38,291 nt of DNA. Origin: Octopus bimaculoides (lineage: Eukaryota). The stretch covers positions 23,895,708 to 23,933,998 of the forward strand of contig NC_068981.1 of the NCBI RefSeq assembly GCF_001194135.2. The letters are read 5' to 3'. The first letter of the stretch is position 1, and every line of letters begins with the position of its first letter. A program made the position numbers and the translations under genes. This document shows positions 22,701 through 35,550 of the stretch, one piece after another. Under the pieces are notes generated by a model that saw only the letters and a program-made list of their open reading frames with translations, made no database searches and was not told where the DNA came from.

Positions 22701-23019
22701 TCTCTTGGTGCTACCGCAAAGATCCAACGCTTAGAATTATAACATCACAATCTGATTACAGTCTACACACACACAAACAAACATACACATGCATACAGAA
22801 AGAGATTGTGTGTGTGTATATATCTGTGTAACTGTGTGCGAGTTTGTGTTTTAAAACTAAAGCGGTGCCTTTTGTTTTTTTTTTAACAAACAAACACTTT
22901 TAGCTTCTCTGTGAAAAGTAAATGAAAAGGTTACACAGATTTTTTTCTTTTTTAATTATCTTTCTACAGACAGAAAAATAAGACGTCATCACTCTTAATA
23001 TTTTTCTGACTCCACAGAT

Positions 23020-23475
23020 TTAAAGGAATTCCTGCGGTGTATGTGGTTTCAAGTTCAGTCCCACTGCATGGCACTTCAGGCAAATGTCTTCTATTATAGC
23101 TATAGGCGGACTAAGGCCTTATGAGTGAATTTGGGAGATGGAAACTGATTGAAGCCAGTTGTGTGTGTGTGTGTGTGTGCGTGCGCGCATGTGCATATGT
23201 GTGTGCGTATGTATGTGTGTGTGTTTGCGTGTGTGCGTGTATGTCGGTGTGTGTATGCTTGTATCTCTCTTTGTCTTGACACTGCTTGATAGTTGTTAAT
23301 AAATATTATTCAATTCTAATATTCTGCGGGAATATGTCTGGCCATGGAGAAAGATTACCTTGCTTGGAAACAGGTAAGGGTTGGTGATGGGAAAAGCATC
23401 CAGCTGTAGAAAATCTGCTTCAATAAACTCCATCTGAAACATAGAAGCATGTAAAAGTGGACAGTCAAATGATGA
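23020..23475 (+). mobile_element. Family A SINE with internal (TG)n and an RTE-like 3' tail
   Basis: B-box-like ggtttcaagttcagtcccactgc, body, microsatellite 23160-23250, tail gggttggtgatgggaaaagcatccagctgtagaaa.. ending in (ATG)n. Confidence 0.8.
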
Positions 23476-23929
23476 TGACAAATATTCTGATACAATTTCT
23501 GAATCACAGAACAAGAGATGGTCTCATGGGTTGGTGGTTTGGTATATTTTTCACGGCAATGCTAAATTTGCATCGTGTATTTCAAGAGGCGTAAACATGG
23601 TTTTGTGGTTCACAACTAAGTAGTTTTGGGTTCGGTCCTGGGAAAGGGAATTCTACTAAAACTTCCGGGTAACCAATTCCCATGAGTGTAATGTAGTAGT
23701 CGGAAACTATAAGGAATTTCCTCATATACGTCTATTTGTTTACTTGCGTATGCGTCGCTGTTTCTGTCTTTATATTCATACCACTTAGGAGCCGGTACTT
23801 AGCGGTTCAGAAAATAGCTAATGATAAAATAAAAGCCGAACTTAGAAATAAATTACGAACTCAGTATGATTGATTACATCTTTCAAAGCAGTGACTCGTT
23901 ACGACCACAGATAGGACAATACATAAGTC

Positions 23930-24710
23930 AAAATATATTCAGCATGCAGTAAAAGAACAAGGACGCGAGTACATAAAATTACTACATCCAAAAGACTTAA
24001 AACTTAGTACCAGAAGAATTTGTATCATTGTAGAAGGTTCGAATATCTGGAACAAACGCCTAACAAAACTAAGAGAATTTTTGCTCAAACAAAAATACCC
24101 GTCTCTACTTATAGAAAATGGTATACATCGGGCTATAAAAATACCCATACGACAACTAAGGACAACCTAAAGAAGAGGAAAACAGGAACAAGTCATACTA
24201 TTTGTAGTTACACGCAACCCATGTCACCAGTATATATTCAACATTGCCAAAGCAAACCTACCAATCATTGCTCAAAGTAACGAATTAAAAAATATAATCA
24301 CAGATTGAGTTATGGTTCTTAGTAAAAGACAGCTTAAAAACCTAAAATTATTAACAAAGGCAAAGTTTGACCTTAGCAGCAAAGACCAATCATTCACTGT
24401 ATCTAAATGCAATGATAGCCGATGTGGTATATGCCAATTCATACATACTGGTCAATATATGAACACAAAAAGAGAAAAAATATTTACTAATGCAAATCTG
24501 AACTGCAAAAGCAGAAATTTAATTTACTGCATCAAATGCCCGAATTGTGAAGAGCTATATGTGGGTCAGACTGGAAATGCACTATCATAACGTTCAGGTG
24601 TGCACTGAGAGCAAATTAGAGACCGAGATGTCCGTTAGATACCTTTGAGTAAACATCTAGCAACATGTGGTCGGAAAATATATAATATTTCTATTCTACA
24701 AACTACACAG
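23930..24710 (+). mobile_element. Penelope-like element 3' part: thumb, linker and GIY-YIG endonuclease, pseudogenised
   Basis: STRRICIIV..KRLTKLREFLLKQKYPSLLIENGIHRA; SKRQLKNLKLLTKAKF..KCNDSRCGICQFI..LNCKSRNLIYCIKCPNCEELYVGQTG..LSKHL..CG. Confidence 0.92.
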
Positions 24711-24744
24711 TCCAAGCTAAATAAACAATAATACTAATACTTTG

Positions 24745-25022
24745 AGGTACTATTTCTACTGCTACGACTACTACCACTAACAAGAACAATAATGCTGAAG
24801 GTGCTCATGATGACGATAGCATGAAAATACTAGTTAAGTCAGTAAAAATGATCTTATTTTGGGGTTTAAAGATCTATTACCACAGCTACCACCACCACCA
24901 CCACCACCACCACCATTACCACCACCACCAACAACAACAACAACAACATCAACAATAATAATAACAACAACAACAACGACAACAAATATAAAGGAGAGGA
25001 TATTGGTGATGATGATGATAAT
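24745..25022. repeat. Mosaic of triplet microsatellites (ACT, ACC, AAC, AAT, ATG)
   Basis: Directly visible. Confidence 0.9.
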
Positions 25023-26508
25023 TGAAATGTAAAAATCGCTGGGAAATGTTTACAATATTTCTAAAAATAGCTCAACAATTATTGCTTTGGCCAGGGTCAA
25101 AATACAGGTCTCTTGATATGTTCAACAAACCGTGACGCCTAAACCAGACACCAATCAACTTAAGCAATTTAGTAAAGCCACACATTGATTGGTCAGAATA
25201 CAGTTTGCAAAAATTAACGGTCTGGAGCCTATACAAATGTATATAATGTACACAGTTTAGCCATCTCACTAGAGTTGTTGATTGTAAAATATAACTGTCA
25301 TCACTACTATATGAACCTATAGTTTGATGGATGAAAGTACTAATTCCATCAGAATAGACATTTAATATTCTATCATTTCATTATGCTATATTATATTATT
25401 TTAAGATTGTAAATAAAACGTGAAAATCAAAGTTGGAACTTCTTTGAGCAATATATGTATACATTTTTATATGTACACATACTTACATGAACATATATTA
25501 CAAAGAGAAAAAGAGATGAAGTGGGGATTCGTGACTGACAAAGAGAGACCGAAGAGGGATAATTGTAGACAGACAAAAAGTTCGTTAAAATAATTACTTT
25601 AACATAACTAATCCCTTATGGACATTATTGTTATTCCTGATATTTCATTCATTATTTCGTCTTTTGTAGCATTGTCAACAGACTATTGTTATGGAGTTGT
25701 TTTTTTTTGTTTTGTTTTTTTTCAATTTCTGACGTTATACTCATAAAGCCTTGAGAATTCTAGAAAACGGAAGTCACGCCATATTTACAAAACTGCTTCA
25801 AGGCTTCCAGATAAATACTTGCCATACTACTCTCTTGTGCTTGCGCGTGTATATTCATGCATATTGTTGATGTAGTTTAACCCTAGGCTAGCCCTAGTCG
25901 AGCAGACCAATAATCAAAGGCGCTCCAGCTTGTCCAAAACCAGCATCTTATATATATATATATATATATNNNNNNNNNNNNNNNNNNNNNNNNNNNNNNN
26001 NNNNNNNNNNNNNNNNNNNNNNNNNNNNNNNNNNNNNNNNNNNNNNNNNNNNNNNNNNNNNNNNNNNNNNNNNNNNNNNNNNNNNNNNNNNNNNNNNNNN
26101 NNNNNNNNNNNNNNNNNNNNNNNNNNNNNNNNNNNNNNNNNNNNNNNNNNNNNNNNNNNNNNNNNNNNNNNNNNNNNNNNNNNNNNNNNNNNNNNNNNNN
26201 NNNNNNNNNNNNNNNNNNNNNNNNNNNNNNNNNNNNNNNNNNNNNNNNNNNNNNNNNNNNNNNNNNNNNNNNNNNNNNNNNNNNNNNNNNNNNNNNNNNN
26301 NNNNNNNNNNNNNNNNNNNNNNNNNNNNNNNNNNNNNNNNNNNNNNNNNNNNNNNNNNNNNNNNNNNNNNNNNNNNNNNNNNNNNNNNNNNNNNNNNNNN
26401 NNNNNNNNNNNTATATATACACATATGTGATATACACATATACATAATTGATATATATATGCATATATATATACACACACATATATATATATATACATAT
26501 ATATACAT

Positions 26509-26565
<57 letters not shown>

Positions 26566-28858
26566 TATACACATATACATGATATACACACAAGCACACA
26601 CGCACACATATATATGATCTACATAAACCCGTGTAGTGTTTTATAACGACTACAAAGTGTTATATGAGGTTGATTTGACACTTATATCCAGTAGAGTAAA
26701 TGGCCACTTACTGGTTTCCTCATTGACAACATCGTCTTACGTTTGCTTACGTATGTGCATGCATACACGTATGCGCGTATACACATATACATATATGTGT
26801 GTGTGAAAACCTGCGTGTGACTTTTCATAATGGAATTTTCGGCTGTAAACGCATTTTAATCAATTATTAAACTTATTTATATTTTTCAATTTTTTTTCTC
26901 CAACAAAAAACTTTTATTTCCAACACGCAAACAAATAATAACGATGCTATTTCATGCTATATACTGACCTATAATCTTTTGTTTGGCATTAGTGCCGTTT
27001 CGTTTTAGAGTTAATTTTTAATTTTTTTTTTCTCTTTGTTATTTTTGAAATTTTGCTGACATCTTTCAAAAGTTCATATTTTAAAATAACTTGGTTTTCT
27101 CACTCGTTTCTAATGTCGGTGATAGTTAAACCCAGCTTGTATTATGGTTTTGTTGTTTTTAAGTTTATATACAATACAACATAATACAATTATGCCAACC
27201 ATTTCTCCGATTATTGGATAAAATAATTCTTTTATTATATTTTATTCGCTCGTATCTTTTCTTTCTCTTTCCTTCTCTCATTTCTTTCTTTCTCTCTGTC
27301 TGTGTATTTCTTTTGAAAGAAAGATTATTAAATTTAAACATGATTTAAATGAATAGCATCAAGACTTGCATAATTTTGTATGATGCATACATAACGAGAG
27401 TTATTCTTCACTGTATGCGTGCATGCACATACCTACATATGTATATATATATATATATGTGTATGTGTATGTGAGTGCGAGTGTGTGTGTAGGTGTGTGT
27501 GTGTGTCTCTCTCTCTCTCTCTCTTTAAATATGCAGACACATATGCACGTACATTATATATACATATATATATATACACTTATATATACATATAAGTATA
27601 TAAATGCATATACACACGCTTACACATGTGCATGTATCCATATACATACATACATACATACATACATACATAAATACATATATATATANNNNNNNNNNNN
27701 NNNNNNNNNNNNNNNNNNNNNNNNNNNNNNNNNNNNNNNNNNNNNNNNNNNNNNNNNNNNNNNNNNNNNNNNNNNNNNNNNNNNNNNNNNNNNNNNNNNN
27801 NNNNNNNNNNNNNNNNNNNNNNNNNNNNNNNNNNNNNNNNNNNNNNNNNNNNNNNNNNNNNNNNNNNNNNNNNNNNNNNNNNNNNNNNNNNNNNNNNNNN
27901 NNNNNNNNNNNNNNNNNNNNNNNNNNNNNNNNNNNNNNNNNNNNNNNNNNNNNNNNNNNNNNNNNNNNNNNNNNNNNNNNNNNNNNNNNNNNNNNNNNNN
28001 NNNNNNNNNNNNNNNNNNNNNNNNNNNNNNNNNNNNNNNNNNNNNNNNNNNNNNNNNNNNNNNNNNNNNNNNNNNNNNNNNNNNNNNNNNNNNNNNNNNN
28101 NNNNNNNNNNNNNNNNNNNNNNNNNNNNNNNNNNNNNNNNNNNNNNNNNNNNNNNNNNNNNNNNNNNNNNNNNNNNNNNNNNNNNNNNNNNNNNNNNNNN
28201 NNNNNNNNNNNNNNNNNNNNNNNNNNNNNNNNNNNNNNNNNNNNNNNNNNNNNNNNNNNNNNNNNNNNNNNNNNNNNNNNNNNNNNNNNNNNNNNNNNNN
28301 NNNNNNNNNNNNNNNNNNNNNNNNNNNNNNNNNNNNNNNNNNNNNNNNNNNNNNNNNNNNNNNNNNNNNNNNNNNNNNNNNNNNNNNNNNNNNNNNNNNN
28401 NNNNNNNNNNNNNNNNNNNNNNNNNNNNNNNNNNNNNNNNNNNNNNNNNNNNNNCTCTCTCTCTCACTCTCACTTTCCGTAGCTCTTAGTATCACGCTTT
28501 CATTTTTCAATTACACTTTTGTCTTGTATCTATTCCTGCCTACCTCTTCTGATTTTGTATGCATGCAAGCATGAATGCATTTATGTGCGTGTATGTATGA
28601 TGTATGTATGATGTATGTTTGTATGTATGTATGTATGTATGTATGCATGTATGTATGTATGTATGTATGCATGTATGTATGTATGGGTGGATGGGTGGAA
28701 CAGACGGATGAATGGACGGATGGATGGGTGTATATATGTAGGTATGTGCACACATACATGTAAACATATCTATACATACATTCGTATATATATATATATA
28801 TATATATAACTTCTTTTTCTTTCCCATCTCTCTCCCTAAGTATATAAGTATATGCATT

Positions 28859-28906
<48 letters not shown>

Positions 28907-29112
28907 CATATATATATATATGTACATATATATGTAAGTATATACGTATGTATGTATATGTGTGCATATACGTATGTATATGTATGTATGTACATATATA
29001 TGTGCATGTATATGTATGTACATATGTACATATGTATGTACAGATATATATATATGTATGTACATGTGTGTATATGCATATATACATGTATATATATACA
29101 TACATATATATA

Positions 29113-29121
29113 AGATCGGAA
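29113..29121 (+). other. Probable Illumina adapter remnant (AGATCGGAA) at a contig end
   Basis: Exact match to the start of the universal adapter AGATCGGAAGAGC, directly abutting the N-gap at 29122. Confidence 0.8.
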
Positions 29122-29789
29122 NNNNNNNNNNNNNNNNNNNNNNNNNNNNNNNNNNNNNNNNNNNNNNNNNNNNNNNNNNNNNNNNNNNNNNNNNNNNNNN
29201 NNNNNNNNNNNNNNNNNNNNNNNNNNNNNNNNNNNNNNNNNNNNNNNNNNNNNNNNNNNNNNNNNNNNNNNNNNNNNNNNNNNNNNNNNNNNNNNNNNNN
29301 NNNNNNNNNNNNNNNNNNNNNNNNNNNNNNNNNNNNNNNNNNNNNNNNNNNNNNNNNNNNNNNNNNNNNNNNNNNNNNNNNNNNNNNNNNNNNNNNNNNN
29401 NNNNNNNNNNNNNNNNNNNNNNNNNNNNNNNNNNNNNNNNNNNNNNNNNNNNNNNNNNNNNNNNNNNNNNNNNNNNNNNNNNNNNNNNNNNNNNNNNNNN
29501 NNNNNNNNNNNNNNNNNNNNNNNNNNNNNNNNNNNNNNNNNNNNNNNNNNNNNNNNNNNNNNNNNNNNNNNNNNNNNNNNNNNNNNNNNNNNNNNNNNNN
29601 NNNNNNNNNNNNNNNNNNNNNNNNNNNNNNNNNNNNNNNNNNNNNNNNNNNNNNNNNNNNNNNNNNNNNNNNNNNNNNNNNNNNNNNNNNNNNNNNNNNN
29701 NNNNNNNNNNNNNNNTATGTATGTACATGTGTGTATATGCATATATCCATACATATATGTACAAACCTACATTTATATGTATACATACA

Positions 29790-30260
29790 TGCATATATAG
29801 GTACAGGACATCAAGAAAACGTTAAACATATTGAGAAACGAAAACATAAAAACAAAAAAAATAGAAAACGAACATTTTTCGAACAACGAAAGAAACAAAC
29901 AGAGAAAAAAGACATGCAACATAAGAGTATACCCCTTCGTCAGTTGTCCCTGTTCCATCTACTCCGCGTTTTGAAGGCAAGGACAATACGCAACTTCGTT
30001 GGAACAGTCCTTCCGGTAAAGCGAATTAAACAAAATTTGGGATTTTTTGCGGAGGGTGAAAGTGTTAACAAGAACAGGACAGTGAGAACAAGACAGTAAA
30101 AACAAACAGTGAGAGCTGTAGAGCCAAGGCGATAGAAAAATTATTATGAACGCAAGTAGACGAGCTATGAGTGAAGAGACAGAAAAAGGCACGTCTTTTC
30201 TTTAGGAAGGCAATGGACAGAAAGAGAGATCCCCTTTCGTCACGTGTCAACGACGAGAGA
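29790..30260 (-). mobile_element. Probable Penelope-type 3' terminal region/pseudo-LTR, decayed
   Basis: T-rich on the minus strand with a degenerate ..acgaag..cttc(a/g)aaacgcg.. motif typical of PLE termini. No intact protein motif. Confidence 0.4.
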
Positions 30261-30269
30261 GTCAAGGAG

Positions 30270-30830
30270 GAAGAGTTTCACTGGGAACTAGAGCCGTTTA
30301 AATTTAATGGGGAGGTCAGATGGGATTAACGGGATCCGTGGAATGAAGATTCCTAACCCTTATGTTTTGCAATGATAATTGCTGCTTCTAAGACATGGGG
30401 TTGCTTCGCTTTCACCACCAGTCTGGTGCCATTGCACAGGCGAGGTGGATCCAGATTCCTGAGCAGCAAAATTGGGGGCACCGTTTTTAAGTGTTAATTT
30501 GTGTGGTGGCATCCCAGATGGCTGTAGAGCCTTCAGGAACTCAATTGAAATAACTACAGCTTGGTCTTTATCAATAACAGTGTCGATGAATTTAAAAGAC
30601 TTCTTGTCCTGGCAACAGATGTAAGAGATCCCAATTGATTTTATGGACAGCAACATTACGTGGAGTTAAGATCGCTCGATCACATAGCCATTGACTGTTG
30701 CTAAAGTTTTGTGCAATGTTTGGAAACATGCATTTTGAGATCATTGACAGTTGGTACCATCTCACCACAGAGTAGCTTGTGTTGTTGCTGCAATTCTCCA
30801 TATAAATGATAGAAAAGTGTGTATCAAATG
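30270..30830 (-). mobile_element. Helitron PIF1-like helicase C-terminal fragment
   Basis: WLCDRAILTPRNVAVHKIN; EFLKALQPSGMPPHKLTLKNGAP; LLLRNLDPPRLCNGTRLVVK; IFIPRIPLIPSDLPIKFKRL*FPVKL. Frameshifted. Confidence 0.93.
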
Positions 30831-31169
30831 AAATTAAAATTCTGGTTCAGTGACAGATCGATGAAGTTAGTAAAGTTTTAACGCTTTTGGTAACAACATA
30901 TTTTCTCTAGCAATTAAATATTGAAAAAGACAGAAAATGCCACCCTCTCTTTGGCAAGGGAAATGAAGTTAGCTTGGCTCGTGTAGGGTGCATGACATCG
31001 CTTGTAACCCTTTCCGATGTCTAATATGTACATGTACGACCTTTAGACCTGTATGGTAGCGTATCCTTTCGTTATAAACAGCATAGTTGTCAAACTCGAT
31101 CATATGGTATCATATGATTGTTCGTGAATTTCTGTAAAAAATTTATATTTCTTTACTCCCTTTGGAAGG

Positions 31170-31566
31170 CGACATTTGCTTTGACGTGAGAGCAGAAAGT
31201 GAAAGAGAGGACAAAGTGAAAGAAATATGTACGGGTATATGAAATAGGTGTGTGCGTGAGAGAGAGAGAGAGAGAGNNNNNNNNNNNNNNNNNNNNNNNN
31301 NNNNNNNNNNNNNNNNNNNNNNNNNNNNNNNNNNNNNNNNNNNNNNNNNNNNNNNNNNNNNNNNNNNNNNNNNNNNNNNNNNNNNNNNNNNNNNNNNNNN
31401 NNNNNNNNNNNNNNNNNNNNNNNNNNNNNNNNNNNNNNNNNNNNNNNNNNNNNNNNNNNNNNNNNNNNNNNNNNNNNNNNNNNNNNNNNNNNNNNNNNNN
31501 NNNNNNNNNNNNNNNNNNNNNNNNNNNNNNNNNNNNNNNNGAGAGAAAGAGAGAGAGAGAAAGAGA

Positions 31567-31600
<34 letters not shown>

Positions 31601-31631
31601 CTGTGTGTGTGTGTGAGAGAGAGAGAGAGAG

Positions 31632-31662
<31 letters not shown>

Positions 31663-31664
31663 GG

Positions 31665-31697
<33 letters not shown>

Positions 31698-32290
31698 GGT
31701 GTGTGTTGTCATGCATAATTTTTGCATGTATGTGTAAGTTTCACTCTCTCTCTCTCTCACACACATCTTTCATATACTCGTACATGCATAAACTTTTTTG
31801 TATGGGCGTGTATATGTGAGAGAGAGTGTGAGTGAGTGAAGGTGCGTGTTGTCATGTATATGTAAGTGGCAATCACTCTCTATCTCTCTCACACACACGC
31901 TATCTTTCATATGCTGGTACATACATAAATACACATGCATACATGTATCGTATGTGTGTGTGCATGAGAGAGAGTGAGTGAGTGAAGATGTGTGTTGTCA
32001 TGTATGTATTTTTTGCATGTATGTGTAAGTGGCACTCACTCTCTCTCTCTCTCTCTCTCACGCACACATTATCTCTCATATCCATGTACATATATAAATA
32101 CATATGCATGAATCTTTTTATATGTCTGCGTATGCGTAAGAGAGAGAGAGAGAGAGGGTGAGTGCCACTTACACGTACATAACAACACACCTTCACTTAC
32201 TCACTCTCTCTTACACACACACGTCTATCTTTCACTTTCTCCTCTGTTACTTTCTCCTTTCACTTCAAAACAAAAGTCGGTTTATCCCCT
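31170..32290. repeat. Microsatellite-containing tandem array of 143-146 bp units inside an imperfect foldback
   Basis: Units start gaaggtgtgtgttgtcatg at 31695, 31838 and 31984. An inverted partial unit lies at 32158-32210. The outer ends (about 31170-31260 vs 32210-32290) are reverse-complement similar. Confidence 0.8.
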
Positions 32291-32344
32291 CTGGAAGTGG
32301 AGGCGCCGTCCCCATCCTTTGTCGACATGTATGTAATGTTAGCT

Positions 32345-32690
32345 ATCAGCATACAATATTTGTTAATCTCTATCCAAGTATGATTACCCACATCTGATTT
32401 AAAGTAGAAATATCCAGCGTTAATAAGTTGAATTGCTTCAAGAATATTAAAAATAGGTAATGTAAGTTATCAGGATATAATTTTTTTTCTAACCATTTCC
32501 AAGAATAAATACTTACATCGGATTTAAATGTGAAATATCAAGTGTTAATAAGGCGAGTTGATCGAAAAATATCCAAAATAAGTATTGGAAGTTTATCAAG
32601 ATATAACATTTTTTAATTCCTGTCCAAGTAGAAATAGTCACATTAGATTGAAATATGTAATATCGAGTGTACTATAGCTAATTTTATTAG
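32345..32690. repeat. Degenerate 125-bp tandem repeat, about 2.7 copies
   Basis: Units start atctgattt (32392), atcggattt (32517) and attagattg (32642). Shared gaaatatc.agtgttaataag, atcaggatata and tccaag blocks. Confidence 0.75.
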
Positions 32691-34361
32691 ATCCTTTCTA
32701 CGAACAATTATTGGAATAACTCATTTCGATATCTCTAGCTTATATCACGGGAATATCGAACTTTAAAATTTATTAAGATTACCGTATAAATTGAAAGATA
32801 TCCTACAGTGTATATTGCCTAAAGGACCGAATTAACGAATGACTTATATTAATGTAATAAGAGTTTCCACCGGGCGTACGTCCGTATGAAGACCTTTCGT
32901 TATTTAGAAACCTTACTATTTCTTTTTCTTCTGAAAATTACATATGTCGTGTGTAACATCGAATGTTAAGGTGAACCCCTGCCACGGCAAGGGTTGCAGG
33001 GGCTTAGCGCCGGCCCCGCAGCAAACAAATTTATGGTTTAGAGTTACAGTTAGGGTTAGTATTTAGCGAGTATGGTGTTATTGTAAATATTTACCAAATT
33101 TTCATCCAGTCACAATTATGCTTTTCAGCAGCCAACGTTTGTGTGAAAGTGTTGGTGTGAATGCGCGCGCGACAGGACCATGCACAGAAATTGTTTAGAA
33201 AATTACTTTTACGTACTTTCATGTCAATTCATTGGATTAATCCCAACCTTTTCAGTAACAACATATTCTCTCTTCTAATTAAATATTGAAAAAGAGAAAA
33301 TGCCACCCTCTCTTTTGCGAGAGAAATTAATTTTGGCGGTAAAAAAGCGTTTTTTCTTTACTTAAAAAAACTAAGAGGTGGGGTCGTAGAAGTACGATGG
33401 CGAATTATTCAATATCCTGTTTGCTTCTATGAGAATCGTTTACCTTTAAAGCGAAAAAAAAAACAAAACCGACGTATTCGACAGGTATTTAAAACATATT
33501 TCTGTTTACTTTCTCTGTTCATTTGCATAAGCTGTAGAAATTGTTGCGCGCGCAGGCATTTTCCAGACATTTAGCTGTTATTTTTAGCAGTTTATTTTCA
33601 GTTTTAGACAACTGGATGGTGTGGTGAAGGGTCTGTGGATTAAGTTTGGAGTTCTTCATAGTAAATTTGAAATACATTTTTTTTTCCATATTCTTAATCT
33701 CCGTATTTTTCCACGTAGATTGAAAGAGACAAATTTGAAAAAGAATTAGAATTTTAAAATTTTACTGTCTCAGTGCTTATATTATTTGGCATTGCTTTGT
33801 GGCTACTATCTACATTTTCCTGTTGTAATTTTCCTTTTAAATGTTCTATTTCTATTTCTGATATTTTTTTAGCTAGTTTATTAGGGTTTATTACTGTATC
33901 CAAGTCTTTATTTAGGTTATTTTTCTTCCAGATTTTATATGTATATGTTGTGTTGTTTTCTGTATTTGGGTAGAGCACTGCTGTAAAAGAAGCGTGTAGG
34001 ATTTAGATATATATTCCTCACGTGTCTATTTATGCTTTTTTGGTTTTATTTGCGGAACATAAGGAACAAGGTCCGGCCCATTATTTCGATGGTCATCATT
34101 TTCGTAGAGTACCGGTCCGTTCATTTCTGGTGTTATATTATTTTGCACGTGTAGTTTTTCGTACTTTTTGTGTAAAAAGATTAAAGTACGTACTTCCAAA
34201 TTGTTATTCTTGGTTGAATAATAGCGGTATTATTTTATTTATTTGTAATCTTTTGTACATGGTGTTTTGGGACGGAGATGGTCTGGTTTTGAAGGATCGT
34301 AATGTGTTAAGCGTGTTTACATGTGCTATGCGAACAGTGGAGATGATATCCAGTTAAAATA

Positions 34362-34363
<2 letters not shown>

Positions 34364-34419
<56 letters not shown>

Positions 34420-34477
34420 GTTATTATTATTATTATCATTATTATTATTATTATTATTTNNNNNNNNNNTATTTTGC

Positions 34478-34545
<68 letters not shown>

Positions 34546-34546
34546 G
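34364..34546. repeat. (ATT)n microsatellite with a 10-N gap
   Basis: Directly visible; explains the poly-I/N ORFs. Confidence 0.97.
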
Positions 34547-34770
34547 AGGTGACGAGCTGGCAGAGTCATTAGCGCACCGGGCAAAAAGGCTTAGCGACAT
34601 TTCGAACGTCTTTACGCCCTGAATTCATATTCCGTCGAGGTCGACTTTGCATTTCATCCTTTCTGGATCGATAAAATAATTACCAGTTGAGTACTCGGGC
34701 TGTTATCATCGACTAACCCCCTTCTACAAAAGTTCAGGCCTTGTGCATATAGTAAAAAGGATTATATTAT
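34547..34770 (+). mobile_element. Family B SINE
   Basis: gacgagctggcagagtcattagcgcaccgggc..gaggtcgactttgcatttcatcctttctggatcgataaaat; same family as 20468-20700. Confidence 0.85.
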
Positions 34771-35234
34771 TTTCATTGCAGCAGCAGCAACAGCAGCAGT
34801 AGTAGTAGTAGTAGCTTTTTAGCCTAAAGTCAGCATTGGTGCTGCATATATATGAACATATGCGTTCCACTCATTACCAGGGCGTGTTAAAATCAAGCGT
34901 AATGTATCTGAATGATATTACATAATGTATCTTCTCCATGAGGTTTTTAGACCTAATATTTTTACAAGCAATTATTTTTAGCTTTATCTGCTTCAACATC
35001 TACCGTTCGAGACACAGAATTACTTCATATCTTGTCGATGTTTTATAAAGGATGACGGGGCATAATTACAGGAAGATTTGAATGATGGCTTCTACAGAAG
35101 ATCGAAGGTAATTTAGTTTGAGCTGGGTGGAATTTTGCTGGAAGTAGATTTGGAGAACGCTACTAATTCTACATTACTGCCATTACTCACGTCTACCTTT
35201 ATGTCATATTCCTAAAACAGTAGCAACAACAACT

Positions 35235-35550
35235 TAGTACTTCGTCGGTTACGACGACGATGGTTCCAGTTGATCCGACCAATGGAACTGCCTGTTCGGG
35301 AAATTAACGTGCAAGCGGCTGAGTGCTCCACAGACACATGTAACATTAACGTAGTTCTCATAGAGATTCAGCATGACAGAGAATGGGACAAGGCTGGCCC
35401 TTTGAATTACAGGTACAGCTCATTTTTGCCAGCTGAGTGAACCGGAGCAACGTGAAATAAAATGGTCTTACTCAAGGACACAACGCGCCGCTATGAACTG
35501 AACTCACAACCTTAGGATCGTGAGTCGAATACTCTAACCACTAAGCCACA
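35235..35550 (-). mobile_element. tRNA-derived SINE, family C
   Basis: Minus strand starts tgtggcttagtggttagagt (A box) ..gtgagttcagttc (B box) ..tgtgtccttgagtaagac. Second copy at 38003-38282. Confidence 0.88.

Larger units (their letters stand above)
1460..34469. other. Ten assembly gaps: 1460-1878, 5495-5673, 11766-12385, 14516-15288, 16682-16691, 25970-26411, 27689-28454, 29122-29715, 31277-31540, 34460-34469
   Basis: N runs, most bounded by TA/GA/ATT microsatellites; they create all X-containing ORFs. Confidence 0.99.

Noticed and set aside
25072-25269. 65-aa minus-strand ORF
   Set aside because: No family resemblance and no convincing splice sites; its length is within chance expectation.
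29960-30010. Minus-strand hammerhead-like motif
   Set aside because: Both conserved boxes are broken (CCAACGA, AAAAC) and stems cannot be assigned convincingly.
1166-31766. Long ORFs (200-430 aa) in the track
   Set aside because: They consist of N-gap read-through and dipeptide repeats (YI, CV, HT, RE) from microsatellites.
32392-32641. Repeated exon-intron units (GTAAGT at a unit boundary on the minus strand)
   Set aside because: Only one unit has both GT and AG, and the 44-nt exon would not preserve frame.
33045-33062. Telomeric TTAGGG
   Set aside because: Fewer than two complete units; not distinguishable from chance.
35500-35550. tRNA gene
   Set aside because: A/B-box-like sequence continues into a SINE body repeated at 38003-38282, with no complete cloverleaf; the same applies to the other SINE heads.
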